NCBI RefSeq assembly: GCF_009914755.1 | Contig: NC_060946.1 | Direction: 5' to 3' (one strand) | DNA: 64,000 nt | Source of the DNA: the human T2T-CHM13v2.0 reference genome, Homo sapiens | In this document: positions 13,291 through 27,300 of the stretch, one piece after another | Layout of the letters: each line of letters begins with the position of its first letter | Numbering within the stretch: the first letter of the stretch is position 1 | The notes under the pieces: model-generated | Told to the model about the DNA's origin: nothing | The model's input: only the letters and a program-made list of their open reading frames with translations | Databases searched by the model: none | Program-made: the position numbers and the translations under genes

Positions 13291-14825
13291 TCCCGTTTCC
13301 AACGAAATCCTGAAATCTATCCAAATATCCCCTCGCAGATTCTACAAAAAGAGTGTTTCAAAACTGCTCTGTAAAAAGAAAGGTTCAACTCTGTTAGTTG
13401 AGTACACACATCACAAACAAGTTTCACAGAATGCTTCTTTCTAGCTTGTAGGGGAAGATATTCCCTTTATCACCATGGGCCTCAAACCGTCCGAAACGTC
13501 CACTTCCATATACTACAAAAAGAGTGTTTCAAACCTGCTCTATGAAAGGCAATGTTCAACTCTGTGACTTGAATGCAGACATCACAGAGCAGTTTCTGAG
13601 AATGCTTCTGTCTAGATTTTATAGGAAGATATTCCCGTTTCCAACGAAATCTTCACAGGTATCCAAATATCCACTTGCAGATTCTACAAAAAGAGTGTAT
13701 CAAAACTGCTCTGTCAAAAGGAAGGTTCTTCTCTGTTAGGTGAGTGCATACGTCATAAAGGAGTTTCTGAGAAAGTTTCTGTCTAGTGGTTATGGGAAGA
13801 TATTTGCTTTTTCACCGTAGGCCTCAGAGCGCTCCAAATATCCACTTGCACATACTACAAAAAGAGTGCTTCAAAGCTGCTCTCTGAAACGGAATGTTCA
13901 ACTCTATGAGTTGAATGCAAACATCACAAAGACGTTTCTGAGAATGCTTCTGTCTAGATTTGATATGAAGATATTCCCGTTTCCAAAGAAATCTTCAAAT
14001 CTATCCAAATGTCCACTTGCAGATTCAACAAAAAGTGTTTTTCAGAACTGCTCTATCAAAAGAAAGATCCACGTGTGTTAGCTGAGTTCACACATCACAA
14101 ACAAGTTTATGAGAATGCTTCTGTCTAGATTTGATATGAAGATATTCCCGTTTCCAACGAAATCTTCAAATCTATCCAAATGTCCACTTGCAGATTCAAC
14201 AAAAAGTGTTTTTCAGAACTGCTCTATCAAAAGAAAGATCCACGTGTGTTAGTTGAGTTCACACATCACAAACAAGTTTATGAGAATGCTTCTGTCTAGT
14301 TTTTATTTGAAGATGCTTCCTTTCTCACCATAGACCTGAAAGCTGTCCTAATGTTCACTTCCAGATACTACAGAAAGAGTGTTTCAAAACTGCTGTACGA
14401 AAGGGAATGTTCAACTCTGTGACTTGAATGCACACATCACAAAGAAGTTTCTGAGGATGCTGCTGTCTACTTTTTATACGTAATCCCGTTTCCAACGAAA
14501 TCCTCCAAGCTATCCAAATATCCACTTGCAGATTCCACAGAAAGACTGTTTCAAAACTGCTATGTCAATAGAAAAGTTCAACTCTGTTAGCTGTGTGCAT
14601 ATATCCCAAAGAAAATTCTGAGATTGCTTCTGTCTAGTTTTTATGGGAAGATATTTCCCTTTTCACCGTAGGCGTCAAGGCGCTCCAAATGTCCACTTCC
14701 AGATACTACAAAAAGAGTGTTTCAAACCTACTCTGTGAAAGGGAATATTCAACTCTGTGACTTAAAGGCAGATATCACAAAAAAGTTTCTGAGAATGCTT
14801 CTCTCGAGATTTTATATGAAGATAT
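13291..14825 (-). repeat. 9-mer HOR structural variant (171 bp single-monomer duplication)
   Basis: Marker spacing is 1535; 13941-14111 is repeated at 14112-14282. Confidence 0.95.
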
Positions 14826-17800
14826 TCCCCTTTCCAACGAAATCCTGAAATCTATCCAAATATCCCCTCGCAGATTCTACAAAAGGAGTGTTTCAAAACT
14901 GCTCTGTAAAAAGAAAGGTTCAACTCTGTTAGTTGAGTACACACATCACAAACAAGTTTCACAGAATGCTTCTTTCTAGCTTGTAGGGGAAGATATTCCC
15001 TTTATCACCATGGGCCTCAAACCGTCCGAAACGTCCACTTCCATATACTACAAAAAGAGCGTTTCAAACCTGCTCTATGAAAGGCAATGTTCAACTCTGT
15101 GACTTGAATGCAGACATCACAGAGCAGTTTCTGAGAATGCTTCTGTCTAGATTTTATAGGAAGATATTCCCGTTTCCAGCGAAATCTTCACAGCTATCCA
15201 AATATCCACTTGCAGATTCTACAAAAAGAGTGTATCAAAACTGCTCTGTCAAATGGAAGGTTCTTCTCTGTTAGGTGAGTGCATACGTCATAAAGGAGTT
15301 TCTGAGAATGTTTCTGTCTAGTGGTTATGGGAAGATATTTTCTTTTTCACCGTAGGCCTCAGAGCGCTCCAAATATCCACTTGCACATACTACAAAAAGA
15401 GTGTTTCAAAGCTGCTCTCTGAAAGGGAATGTTCAACTCTATGAGTTGAATGCAAACATGACAAAGACGTTTCTGAGAATGCTTCTGTCTAGATTTGATA
15501 TGAAGATATTCCCGTTTCCAACGAAATCTTCAAATCTATCCAAATGTCCACTTGCAGATTCAACAAAAAGTGTTTTTCAGAACTGCTCTATCAAAAGAAA
15601 GATCCACGTTCGTTAGCTGAGTTCACACATCACAAACAAGTTTATGAGAATGCTTCTGTCTAGTTTTTATTTGAAGATATTTCCTTTCTCACCATAGACC
15701 TGAAAGCTGTCCTAATGTTCACTTCCAGATACTACAGAATGAGTGTTTCAAAACTGCTGTACGAAAGGTGATGTTCAACTCTGTGACTTGAATGCACACA
15801 TCACAAAGAAGTTTCTGAGGATGCTGCTGTCTACTTCTTATACGTAATCCCGTTTCCAACGAAATCCTCCAAGCTATCCAAATATCCACTTGCAGATTCC
15901 ACAGAAAGACTGTTTCAAAACTGCTATGTCAATAGAAAGGTTCAACTCTGTTAGCTGTGTGCATATATCCCAAAGAAAATTCTGAGATTGCTTCTGTCTA
16001 GTTTTTATGGGAAGATATTTCCCTTTTCACCGTAGGCGTCAAGGCGCTCCAAATGTCCACTTCCAGATACTACAAAAAGAGTGTTTCAAACCTACTCTGT
16101 GAAAGGGAATATTCAACTCTGTGACTTGAATGCAGATATCACAAAGAAGTTTCTGAGAATGCTTCTGTCGAGATTTTATATGAAGATATTCCCGTTTCCA
16201 ACGAAATCCTGAAATCTATCCAAATATCCCCTCGCAGATTCTACAAAAAGAGTGTTTACAAACTGCTCTGTAAAAAGAAAGGTTCAACTCTGTTAGTTGA
16301 GTACACACATCACAAACAAGTTTCACAGAATGCTTCTTTCTATCTTGTAGGGGAAGATATTCCCTTTATCACCATGGGCCTCAAACCGTCCGAAACGTCC
16401 ACTTCCATATACTACAAAAAGAGCGTTTCAAACCTGCTCTATGAAAGGCAATGTTCAACTCTGTGACTTGAATGCAGACATCACAGAGCAGTTTCTGAGA
16501 ACGCTTCTGTCTAGATTTTATAGGAAGATATTCCCGTTTCCAGCGAAATCTTCACAGCTATCCAAATATCCACTTGCAGATTCTACAAAAAGAGTGTATC
16601 AAAACTGCTCTGTCAAAAGGAAGGTTCTTCTCTGTTAGGTGAGTACATACGTCATAAAGGAGTTTCTGAGAATGTTTCTGTCTAGTGGTTATGGGAAGAT
16701 ATTTGCTTTTTCACCGTAGGCCTCAGAGCGCTCCAAATATCCACTTGCACATACTACAAAAGGAGTGCTTCAAAGCTGCTCTCTGAAACGGAATGTTCAA
16801 CTCTATGAGTTGAATGCAAACATCACAAAGACGTTTCTGAGAATGCTTCTGTCTAGATTTGATATGAAGATATTCCCGTTTCCAACGAAATCTTCTAATC
16901 TATCCAAATGTCCTCTTGCAGATTCAACAAAAAGTGTTTTTCAGAACTGCTCTATCAAAAGAAAGATCCACGTGTGTTAGCTGAGTTCACACATCACGAA
17001 CAAGTTTATGAGAATGCTTCTGTCTAGTTTTTATTTGAAGATATTTCCTTTCTCACCATAGACCTGAAAGCTGACCTAATGTTCACTTCCAGATACTACA
17101 GAAAGAGTGTTTCAAAACTGCTGTACGAAAGGGAATGTTCAACTCTGTGACTTGAATGCACACATCACAAAGAAGTTTCTGAGGATGCTGCTGTCTACTT
17201 TTTATACGTAATCCCGTTTCCAACGAAATCCTCCAAGCTATCCAAATATCCACTTGCAGATTCCACAGAAAGACTGTTTCAAAACTGCTATGTCAATAGA
17301 AAAGTTCAACTCTGTTAGCTGTGTGCATATATCCCAAAGAAAATTCTGAGATTGCTTCTGTCTAGTTTTTATGGGAAGATATTCCCCTTTTCACCGTAGG
17401 CGTCAAGGCGCTCCAAATGTCCACTTCCAGATACTACAAAAAGAGTGTTTCAAACCTACTCTGTGAAAGGGAATATTCAACTCTGTGACTTGAAGGCAGA
17501 TATCACAAAGAAGTTTCTGAGAATGCTTCTGTCGAGATTTTATATGAAGATATTCCCGTTTCCAACGAAATCCTGAAATCTATCCAAATATCCCCTCGCA
17601 GATTCCACAAAAAGAGTGTTTCAAAACTGCTCTGTAAAAAGAAAGGTTCAACTCTGTTAGTTGAGTACACACATCACAAACAAGTTTCACAGAATGCTTC
17701 TTTCTAGCTTGTAGGGGAAGATATTCCCTTTATCACCATGGGCCTCAAACCGTCCGAAACGTCCACTTCCATATACTACAAAAAGAGCGTTTCAAACCTG

Positions 17801-20800
17801 CTCTATGAAAGGCAATGTTCAACTCTGTGACTTGAATGCAGACATCACAGAGCAGTTTCTGAGAATGCTTCTGTCTAGATTTTATAGGAAGATATTCCCG
17901 TTTCCAGCGAAATCTTCACAGCTATCCAAATATCCACTTGCAGATTCTACAAAAAGAGTGTATCAAAACTGCTCTGTCAAATGGAAGGTTCTTCTCTGTT
18001 AGGTGAGTGCATACGTCGTAAAGGAGTTTCTGAGAATGTTTCTGTCTAGTGGTTATGGGAAGATATTTTCTTTTTCACCGTAGGCCTCAGAGCGCTCCAA
18101 ATATCCACTTGCACATACTACAAAAAGAGTGTTTCAAAGCTGCTCTCTGAAAGGGAATGTTCAACTCTATGAGTTGAATGCAAACATGACAAAGACGTTT
18201 CTGAGAATGCTTCTGTCTAGATTTGATATGAAGATATTCCCGTTTCCAACGAAATCTTCAAATCTATCCAAATGTCCTCTTGCAGATTCAACAAAAAGTG
18301 TTTTTCAGAACTGCTCTATCAAAAGAAAGATCCACGTTCGTTAGCTGAGTTCACACATCACAAACAAGTTTATGAGAATGCTTCTGTCTAGTTTTTATTT
18401 CAAGATATTTCCTTTCTCACCATAGACCTGAAAGCTATCCTAATGTTCACTTCCAGATACTACAGAAAGAGTGTTTCAAAACTGCTGTACCAAAGGTGAT
18501 GTTCAACTCTGTGACTTGAATGCACACATCACAAAGAAGTTTCTGAGGATGCTGCTGTCTACTTCTTATACGTAATCCCGTTTCCAACGAAATCCTCCAA
18601 GCTATCCAAATATCCACTTGCAGATTCCACAGAAAGACTGTTTCAAAACTGCTATGTCAATAGAAAGGTTCAACTCTGTTAGCTGTGTGCATATATCCCA
18701 AAGAAAATTCTGAGATTGCTTCTGTCTAGTTTTTATGGGAAGATATTTCCCTTTTCACCGTAGGCGTCAAGGCGCTCCAAATGTCCACTTCCAGATACTA
18801 CAAAAAGAGTGTTTCAAACCTACTCTGTGAAAGGGAATATTCAACTCTGTGACTTGAATGCAGATATCACAAAGAAGTTTCTGAGAATGCTTCTGTCGAG
18901 ATTTTATATGAAGATATTCCCGTTTCCAACGAAATCCTGAAATCTATCCAAATATCCCCTCGCAGATTCTACAAAAAGAGTGTTTCCAAACTGCTCTGTA
19001 AAAAGAAAGGTTCAACTCTGTTAGTTGAGTACACACATCACAAACAAGTTTCACAGAATGCTTCTTTCTAGCTTGTAGGGGAAGATATTCCCTTTATCAC
19101 CATGGGCCTCAAACCGTCCGAAACGTCCACTTCCATATACTACAAAAAGAGCGTTTCAAACCTGCTCTATGAAAGGCAATGTTCAACTCTGTGACTTGAA
19201 TGCAGACATCACAGAGCAGTTTCTGAGAATGCTTCTGTCTAGATTTTATAGGAAGATACTCCCGTTTCCAGCGAAATCTTCACAGCTATCCAAATATCCA
19301 CTTGCAGATTCTACAAAATGAGTTTATCAAAACTGCTCTGTCAAAAGGAAGGTTCTTCTCTGTTAGTTGAGTACATACATCATAAAGGAGTTTCTGAGAA
19401 TGTTTCTGTCTAGTGGTTATGGGAAGATATTTGCTTTTTCACCGTAGGCCTCAGAGCGATCCAAATATCCACTTGCACATACTACAAAAAGAGTGCTTCA
19501 AAGCTGCTCTCTGAAAGGGAATGTTCAACTCTATGAGTTGAATGCAAACATCACAAAGACGTTTCTGAGAATGCTTCTGTCTAGATTTGATAGGAAGATA
19601 TTCCCGTTTCCAACGAAATCTTCAAATCTATCCAAATGTCCACTTGCAGATTCAACAAAAAGTGTTTTTCAGAACTGCTCTATCAAAAGAAAGATCCACC
19701 TCTGTTAGCTGAGTTCACACATCAAAAACAAGTTTATGAGAATGCTTCTGTCTAGTTTTTATTTGAAGATATTTCCTTTCTCACCATAGACCTGAAAGCT
19801 GTCCTAATGTTCACTTCCAGATACTACAGAAAGAGTGTTTCAAAACTGCTGTACGAAAGGGAATGTTCAACTCTGTGACTTGAATGCACACATCACAAAG
19901 AAGTTTCTGAGGATGCTGCTGTCTACTTTTTATACGTAATCCCGTTTCCAACGAAATCCTCCAAGCTATCCAAATATCCACTTGCAGATTCCACAGAAAG
20001 ACTGTTTCAAAACTGCTCTGTCAATAGAAAGGTTCAACTCCGTTAGCTGCGTGCATATATCCCAAAGAAGATTCTGAGATTGCTTCTGTCTAGTATTTAT
20101 GGGAAGATATTTCCCTTTTCACCGTAGGTGTCAAGGAGCTCCAAATGTCCACTTCCAGATACTACAAAAAGAGTGTTTCAAACCTACTCTGTGAAAGGGA
20201 ATATTCAACTCTGTGACTTAAAGGCAGATATCACAAAGAAGTTTCTGAGAATGCTGCTGTCGAGATTTTATATGAAGATATTCCCGTTTCCAACGAAATC
20301 CTGAAATCTATCCAAATATCCCCTCGCAGATTCTACAAAAAGAGTGTTTCAAAACTGCTCTGTAAAAAGAAAGGTTCAACTCTGTTAGTTGAGTACACAC
20401 ATCACAAACAAGTTTCACAGAATGCTTCTTTCTAGCTTGTAGGGGAAGATATTCCCTTTATCACCATGGGCCTCAAACCGTCCGAAACGTCCACTTCCAT
20501 ATACTACAAAAAGAGCGTTTCAAACCTGCTCTATGAAAGGCAATGTTCAACTCTGTGACTTGAATGCAGACATCACAGAGCAGTTTCTGAGAATGCTTCT
20601 GTCTAGATTTTATAGGAAGATATTCCCGTTTCCAACGAAATCTTCACAGGTATCCAAATATCCACTTGCAGATTCTACAAAAAGAGTGTTTCAAAACTGC
20701 TCTGTCAAAAGGAAGGTTCTTCTCTGTTAGGTGAGTGCATACGTCATAAAGGAGTTTCTGAGAATGTTTCTGTCTAGTGGTTATGGGAAGATATTTGCTT

Positions 20801-23800
20801 TTTCACCGTAGGCCTCAGAGCGCTCCAAATATCCGCTTGCACATACTACAAAAAGAGTGCTTCAAAGCTGCTCTCTGAAACGGAATGTTCAACTCTATGA
20901 GTTGAATGCAAACATCACAAAGACGTTTCTGAGAATGCTTCTGTCTAGATTTGATATGAAGATATTCCCGTTTCCAACGAAATCTTCAAATCTATCCAAA
21001 TGTCCACTTGCAGATTCAACAAAGTGTTTTTCAGAACTGCTCTATCAAAAGAAAGATCCACCTCTGTTAGCTGAGATCACACTTCACAAACAAGTTTATC
21101 AGAATGCTTCTGTCTAGTTTTTATTTGAAGATATATCCTTTCTCACTATAGACCTGAAAGCTCTCCTAAAGTTCACTTCCAGATACTACAGAAAGAGTGT
21201 TTCAAAACTGCTGTACGAAAGGGAATGTTCAACTCTGTGACTTGAATGCACACATCACAAGGATGTTTCTGAGGATGCTGCTGTCTACTTTCTATACGTA
21301 ATCCCGTTTCCTACGAAATCCTCCAAGCTATCCAAATATCCACTTGCAGATTCCACAGAAAGACTGTTTCAAAACTGCTCTGTCAATAGAAAGGTTCAAC
21401 TCTATTAGCTGCGTGCATATATCCCAAAGAAGATTCTGAGATTGCTTCTGTCTAGTTTTTATGGGAAGATATTTCCCTTTTCACCGTAGGTGTAAAGGCG
21501 CTCCAAATGTCCACTTCCAGATACTACAAAAAGATTGTTTCAAACCTACTCTGTGAAAGGGAATATTCAACTCTGTGACTTAAAGGCAGATATCACAAAG
21601 AAGTTTCTGAGAATGCTTCTGTCGAGATTTTATATGAAGATATTCCCGTTTCCAACGAAATCCTGAAATCTATCCAAATATCCCCTCGCAGATTCTACAA
21701 AAAGAGTGTTTCAAAACTGCTCTGTAAAAAGAAAGGTTCAACTCTGTTAGTTGAGTACACACATCACAAACAAGTTTCACAGAATGCTTCTTTCTAGCTT
21801 GTAGGGGAAGATATTCCCTAAATCACCATGGGCCTCAAACCGTCCGAAACGTCCACTTCCATATACTACAAAATGAGTGTTTCAAACCTGCTCTATGAAA
21901 GGCAATGTTCAACTCTGTGACTTGAATGCAGACATCACAGAGCAGTTTCTGAGAATGCTTCTGTCTAGATTTTATAGGAAGATATTCCCGTTTCCAACGA
22001 AATCTTCACAGCTATCCAAATATCCACTTGCAGATTCTACAAAAAGAGTGTATCAAAACTGCTCTGTCAAAAGGAAGGTTCTTCTCTGTTAGGTGAGTGC
22101 ATACGTCATAAAGGAGTTTCTGAGAATGTTTCTGTCTAGTGGTTATGGTAAGATATTTGCTTTTTCACCGTAGGCCTCAGAGCGCTCCAAATATCCACTT
22201 GCACATACTACAAAAAGAGTGCTTCAAAGCTGCTCTCTGAAACGGAATGTTCAACTCTATGAGTTGAATGCAAACATGACAAAGACGTTTCTGAGAATGC
22301 TTCTGTCTAGATTTGATATGAAGATATTCCCGTTTCCAACGAAATCTTCAAATCTTTCCAAATGTCCACTTGCAGATTCAACAAAGTGTTTTTCAGAACT
22401 GCTCTATCAAAAGAAAGATCCACCTCTGTTAGCTGAGTTCACACTTCACAAACAAGTTTATCAGAATGCTTCTGTCTAGTTTTTATTTGAAGATATATCC
22501 TTTCTCACTATAGACCTGAAAGCTGTCCTAATGTTCACTTCCAGATACTACAGAAAGAGTGTTTCAAAACTGCTGTACGAAAGGGAATGTTCAACACTGT
22601 GACTTGAATGCACACATCACAAAGTAGTTTCTGAGGATGCTGCTGTCTACATTTTATACGTAATCCCGTTTCCAAGGAAATCCTCCAAGCTATCCAAATA
22701 TCCACTTGCAGATTCCACAGAAAGACTGTTTCAAAACTGCTCTGTCAATAGAAAGGTTCAACTCTGTTAGCTGCGTGCATATATCCCAAAGAAGATTCTG
22801 AGATTGCTTCTGTCTTGTTTTTATGGGAAGATATTTCCCTTTTCACCGTAGGTGTCAAGGCGCTCCAAATGTCCACTTCCAGATACTACAGAAAGAGTGT
22901 TTCAAACCTACTCTGTGAAAGGGAATATTCAACTCTGTGACTTGAAGGCAGATATCACAAAGAAGTTTCTGAGAATGCTTCTGTCCAGATTTTATATGAA
23001 GATATTCCCCTTTCCAACGAAATCCTGAAATCTATCCAAATATCCCCTCGCAGATTCTACAAAAAGAGTGTTTCAAAACTGCTCTGTAAAAAGAAAGGTT
23101 CAACTCTGTTAGTTGAGTACACACATCACAAACAAGTTTCACAGAATGCTTCTTTCTACCTTGTAGGGGAAGATATTCCCTTTATCACCATGGGCCTCAA
23201 ACCGTCCGAAACGTCCACTTCCATATACTACAAAAAGAGCGTTTCAAACCTGCTCTATGAAAGGCAATGTTCAACTCTGTGACTTGAATGCAGACATCAC
23301 AGAGCAGTTTCTGAGAATGCTTCTGTCTAGATTTTATAGGAAGATATTCCCGTTTCCAACAAAATCTTCACAGCTATCCAAATATCCACTTGCAGATTCT
23401 ACAAAAAGAGTGTATCAAAACTGCTCTGTCAAAAGGAAGGTTCTTCTCTGTTAGGTGAGTGCATACGTCATAAAGGAGTTTCTGAGAATGTTTCTGTCTA
23501 GTGGTTATGGGAAGATATTTGCTTTTTCACCGTAGGCCTCAGAGCGCTCCAAATATCCACTTGCACATACTACAAAAAGAGTGTTTCAAAGCTGCTCTCT
23601 GAAAGGGAATGTTCAACTCTATGAGTTGAATGCAAACATGACAAAGACGTTTCTGAGAATGCTTCTGTCTAGATTTGATATGAAGATATTCCCGTTTCCA
23701 AAGAAATCTTCAAATCTATCCAAATGTCCACTTGCAGATTCAACAAAGTGTTTTTCAGAACTGCTCTATCAAAAGAAAGATCCACCTCTGTTAGCTGAGA

Positions 23801-24399
23801 TCACACTTCACAAACAAGTTTATCAGAATGCTTCTGTCTAGCTTTTATTTGAAGATATATCCTTTCTCACTATAGACCTGAAAGCTCTCCTAAAGTTCAC
23901 TTCCAGATACTACAGAAAGAGTGTTTCAAAACTGCTGTACGAAAGGGAATGTTCAACTCTGTGACTTGAATGCACACATCACAAAGAAGTTTCTGAGGAT
24001 GCTGCTGTCTACTTCTTATACGTAATCCCGTTTCCAACGAAATCCTCCAAGCTATCCAAATATCCACTTGCAGATTCCACAGAAAGACTGTTTCAAAACT
24101 GCTATGTCAATAGAAAGGTTCAACTCTGTTAGCTGTGTGCATATATCCCAAAGAAAATTCTGAGATTGCTTCTGTCTAGTTTTTATGGGAAGATATTTCC
24201 CTTTTCACCGTAGGCGTCAAGGCGCTCCAAATGTCCACTTCCAGATACTACAAAAAGAGTGTTTCAAACCTACTCTGAGAAAGGGAATATTCAACTCTGT
24301 GACTTGAATGCAGATATCACAAAGAAGTTTCTGAGAATGCTTCTGTCGAGATTTTATATGAAGATATTCCCGTTTCCAACGAAATCCTGAAATCTATCC

Positions 24400-27300
24400 A
24401 AATATCCCCTCGCAGATTCTACAAAAAGAGTGTTTACAAACTGCTCTGTAAAAAGAAAGGTTCAACTCTGTTAGTTGAGTACACACATCACAAACAAGTT
24501 TCACAGAATGCTTCTTTCTATCTTGTAGGGGAAGATATTCCCTTTATCACCATGGGCCTCAAACCGTCCGAAACGTCCACTTCCATATACTACAAAAAGA
24601 GCGTTTCAAACCTGCTCTATGAAAGGCAATGTTCAACTCTGTGACTTGAATGCAGACATCACAGAGCAGTTTCTGAGAACGCTTCTGTCTAGATTTTATA
24701 GGAAGATATTCCCGTTTCCAGCGAAATCTTCACAGCTATCCAAATATCCACTTGCAGATTCTACAAAAAGAGTGTATCAAAACTGCTCTGTCAAAAGGAA
24801 GGTTCTTCTCTGTTAGGTGAGTACATACGTCATAAAGGAGTTTCTGAGAATGTTTCTGTCTAGTGGTTATGGGAAGATATTTGCTTTTTCACCGTAGGCC
24901 TCAGAGCGCTCCAAATATCCACTTGCACATACTACAAAAGGAGTGCTTCAAAGCTGCTCTCTGAAACGGAAAGTTCAACTCTATGAGTTGAATGCAAACA
25001 TCACAAAGACGTTTCTGAGAATGCTTCTGTCTAGATTTGATATGAAGATATTCCCGTTTCCAACGAAATCTTCTAATCTATCCAAATGTCCTCTTGCAGA
25101 TTCAACAAAAAGTGTTTTTCAGAACTGCTCTATCAAAAGAAAGATCCACGTGTGTTAGCTGAGTTCACACATCACGAACAAGTTTATGAGAATGCTTCTG
25201 TCTAGTTTTTATTTGAAGATATTTCCTTTCTCACCATAGACCTGAAAGCTGACCTAATGTTCACTTCCAGATACTACAGAAAGAGTGTTTCAAAACTGCT
25301 GTACGAAAGGGAATGTTCAACTCTGTGACTTGAATGCACACATCACAAAGAAGTTTCTGAGGATGCTGCTGTCTACTTTTTATACGTAATCCCGTTTCCA
25401 ACGAAATCCTCCAAGCTATCCAAATATCCACTTGCAGATTCCACAGAAAGACTGTTTCAAAACTGCTATGTCAATAGAAAAGTTCAACTCTGTTAGCTGT
25501 GTGCATATATCCCAAAGAAAATTCTGAGATTGCTTCTGTCTAGTTTTTATGGGAAGATATTTCCCTTTTCACCGTAGGCGTCAAGGCGCTCCAAATGTCC
25601 ACTTCCAGATACTACAAAAAGAGTGTTTCAAACCTACTCTGTGAAAGGGAATATTCAACTCTGTGACTTGAAGGCAGATATCACAAAGAAGTTTCTGAGA
25701 ATGCTTCTGTCGAGATTTTATATGAAGATATTCCCGTTTCCAACGAAATCCTGAAATCTATCCAAATATCCCCTCGCAGATTCTACAAAAAGAGTGTTTC
25801 AAAACTGCTCTGTAAAAAGAAAGGTTCAACTCTGTTAGTTGAGTACACACATCACAAACAAGTTTCACAGAATGCTTCTTTCTAGCTTGTAGGGGAAGAT
25901 ATTCCCTTTATCACCATGGGCCTCAAACCGTCCGAAACGTCCACTTCCATATACTACAAAAAGAGCGTTTCAAACCTGCTCTATGAAAGGCAATGTTCAA
26001 CTCTGTGACTTGAATGCAGACATCACAGAGCAGTTTCTGAGAATGCTTCTGTCTAGATTTTATAGGAAGATATTCCCGTTTCCAGCGAAATCTTCACAGC
26101 TATCCAAATATCCACTTGCAGATTCTACAAAAAGAGTGTATCAAAACTGCTCTGTCAAATGGAAGGTTCTTCTCTGTTAGGTGAGTGCATACGTCGTAAA
26201 GGAGTTTCTGAGAATGTTTCTGTCTAGTGGTTATGGGAAGATATTTTCTTTTTCACCGTAGGCCTCAGAGCGCTCCAAATATCCACTTGCACATACTACA
26301 AAAAGAGTGTTTCAAAGCTGCTCTCTGAAAGGGAATGTTCAACTCTATGAGTTGAATGCAAACATGACAAAGACGTTTCTGAGAATGCTTCTGTCTAGAT
26401 TTGATATGAAGATATTCCCGTTTCCAACGAAATCTTCAAATCTATCCAAATGTCCTCTTGCAGATTCAACAAAAAGTGTTTTTCAGAACTGCTCTATCAA
26501 AAGAAAGATCCACGTTCGTTAGCTGAGTTCACACATCACAAACAAGTTTATGAGAATGCTTCTGTCTAGTTTTTATTTCAAGATATTTCCTTTCTCACCA
26601 TAGACCTGAAAGCTATCCTAATGTACACTTCCAGATACTACAGAAAGAGTGTTTCAAAACTGCTGTACGAAAGGTGATGTTCAACTCTGTGACTTGAATG
26701 CACACATCACAAAGAAGTTTCTGAGGATGCTGCTGTCTACTTCTTATACGTAATCCCGTTTCCAACGAAATCCTCCAAGCTATCCAAATATCCACTTGCA
26801 GATTCCACAGAAAGACTGTTTCAAAACTGCTATGTCAATAGAAAGGTTCAACTCTGTTAGCTGTGTGCATATATCCCAAAGAAAATTCTGAGATTGCTTC
26901 TGTCTAGTTTTTATGGGAAGATATTTCCCTTTTCACCGTAGGCGTCAAGGCGCTCCAAATGTCCACTTCCAGATACTACAAAGAGAGTGTTTCAAACCTA
27001 CTATGTGAAAGGGAATATTCAACTCTGTGACTTGAATGCAGATATCACAAAGAAGTTTCTGAGAATGCTTCTGTCGAGATTTTATATGAAGATATTCCCG
27101 TTTCCAACGAAATCCTGAAATCTATCCAAATATCCCCTCGCAGATTCTACAAAAAGAGTGTTTCCAAACTGCTCTGTAAAAAGAAAGGTTCAACTCTGTT
27201 AGTTGAGTACACACATCACAAACAAGTTTCACAGAATGCTTCTTTCTAGCTTGTAGGGGAAGATATTCCCTTTATCACCATGGGCCTCAAACCGTCCGAA

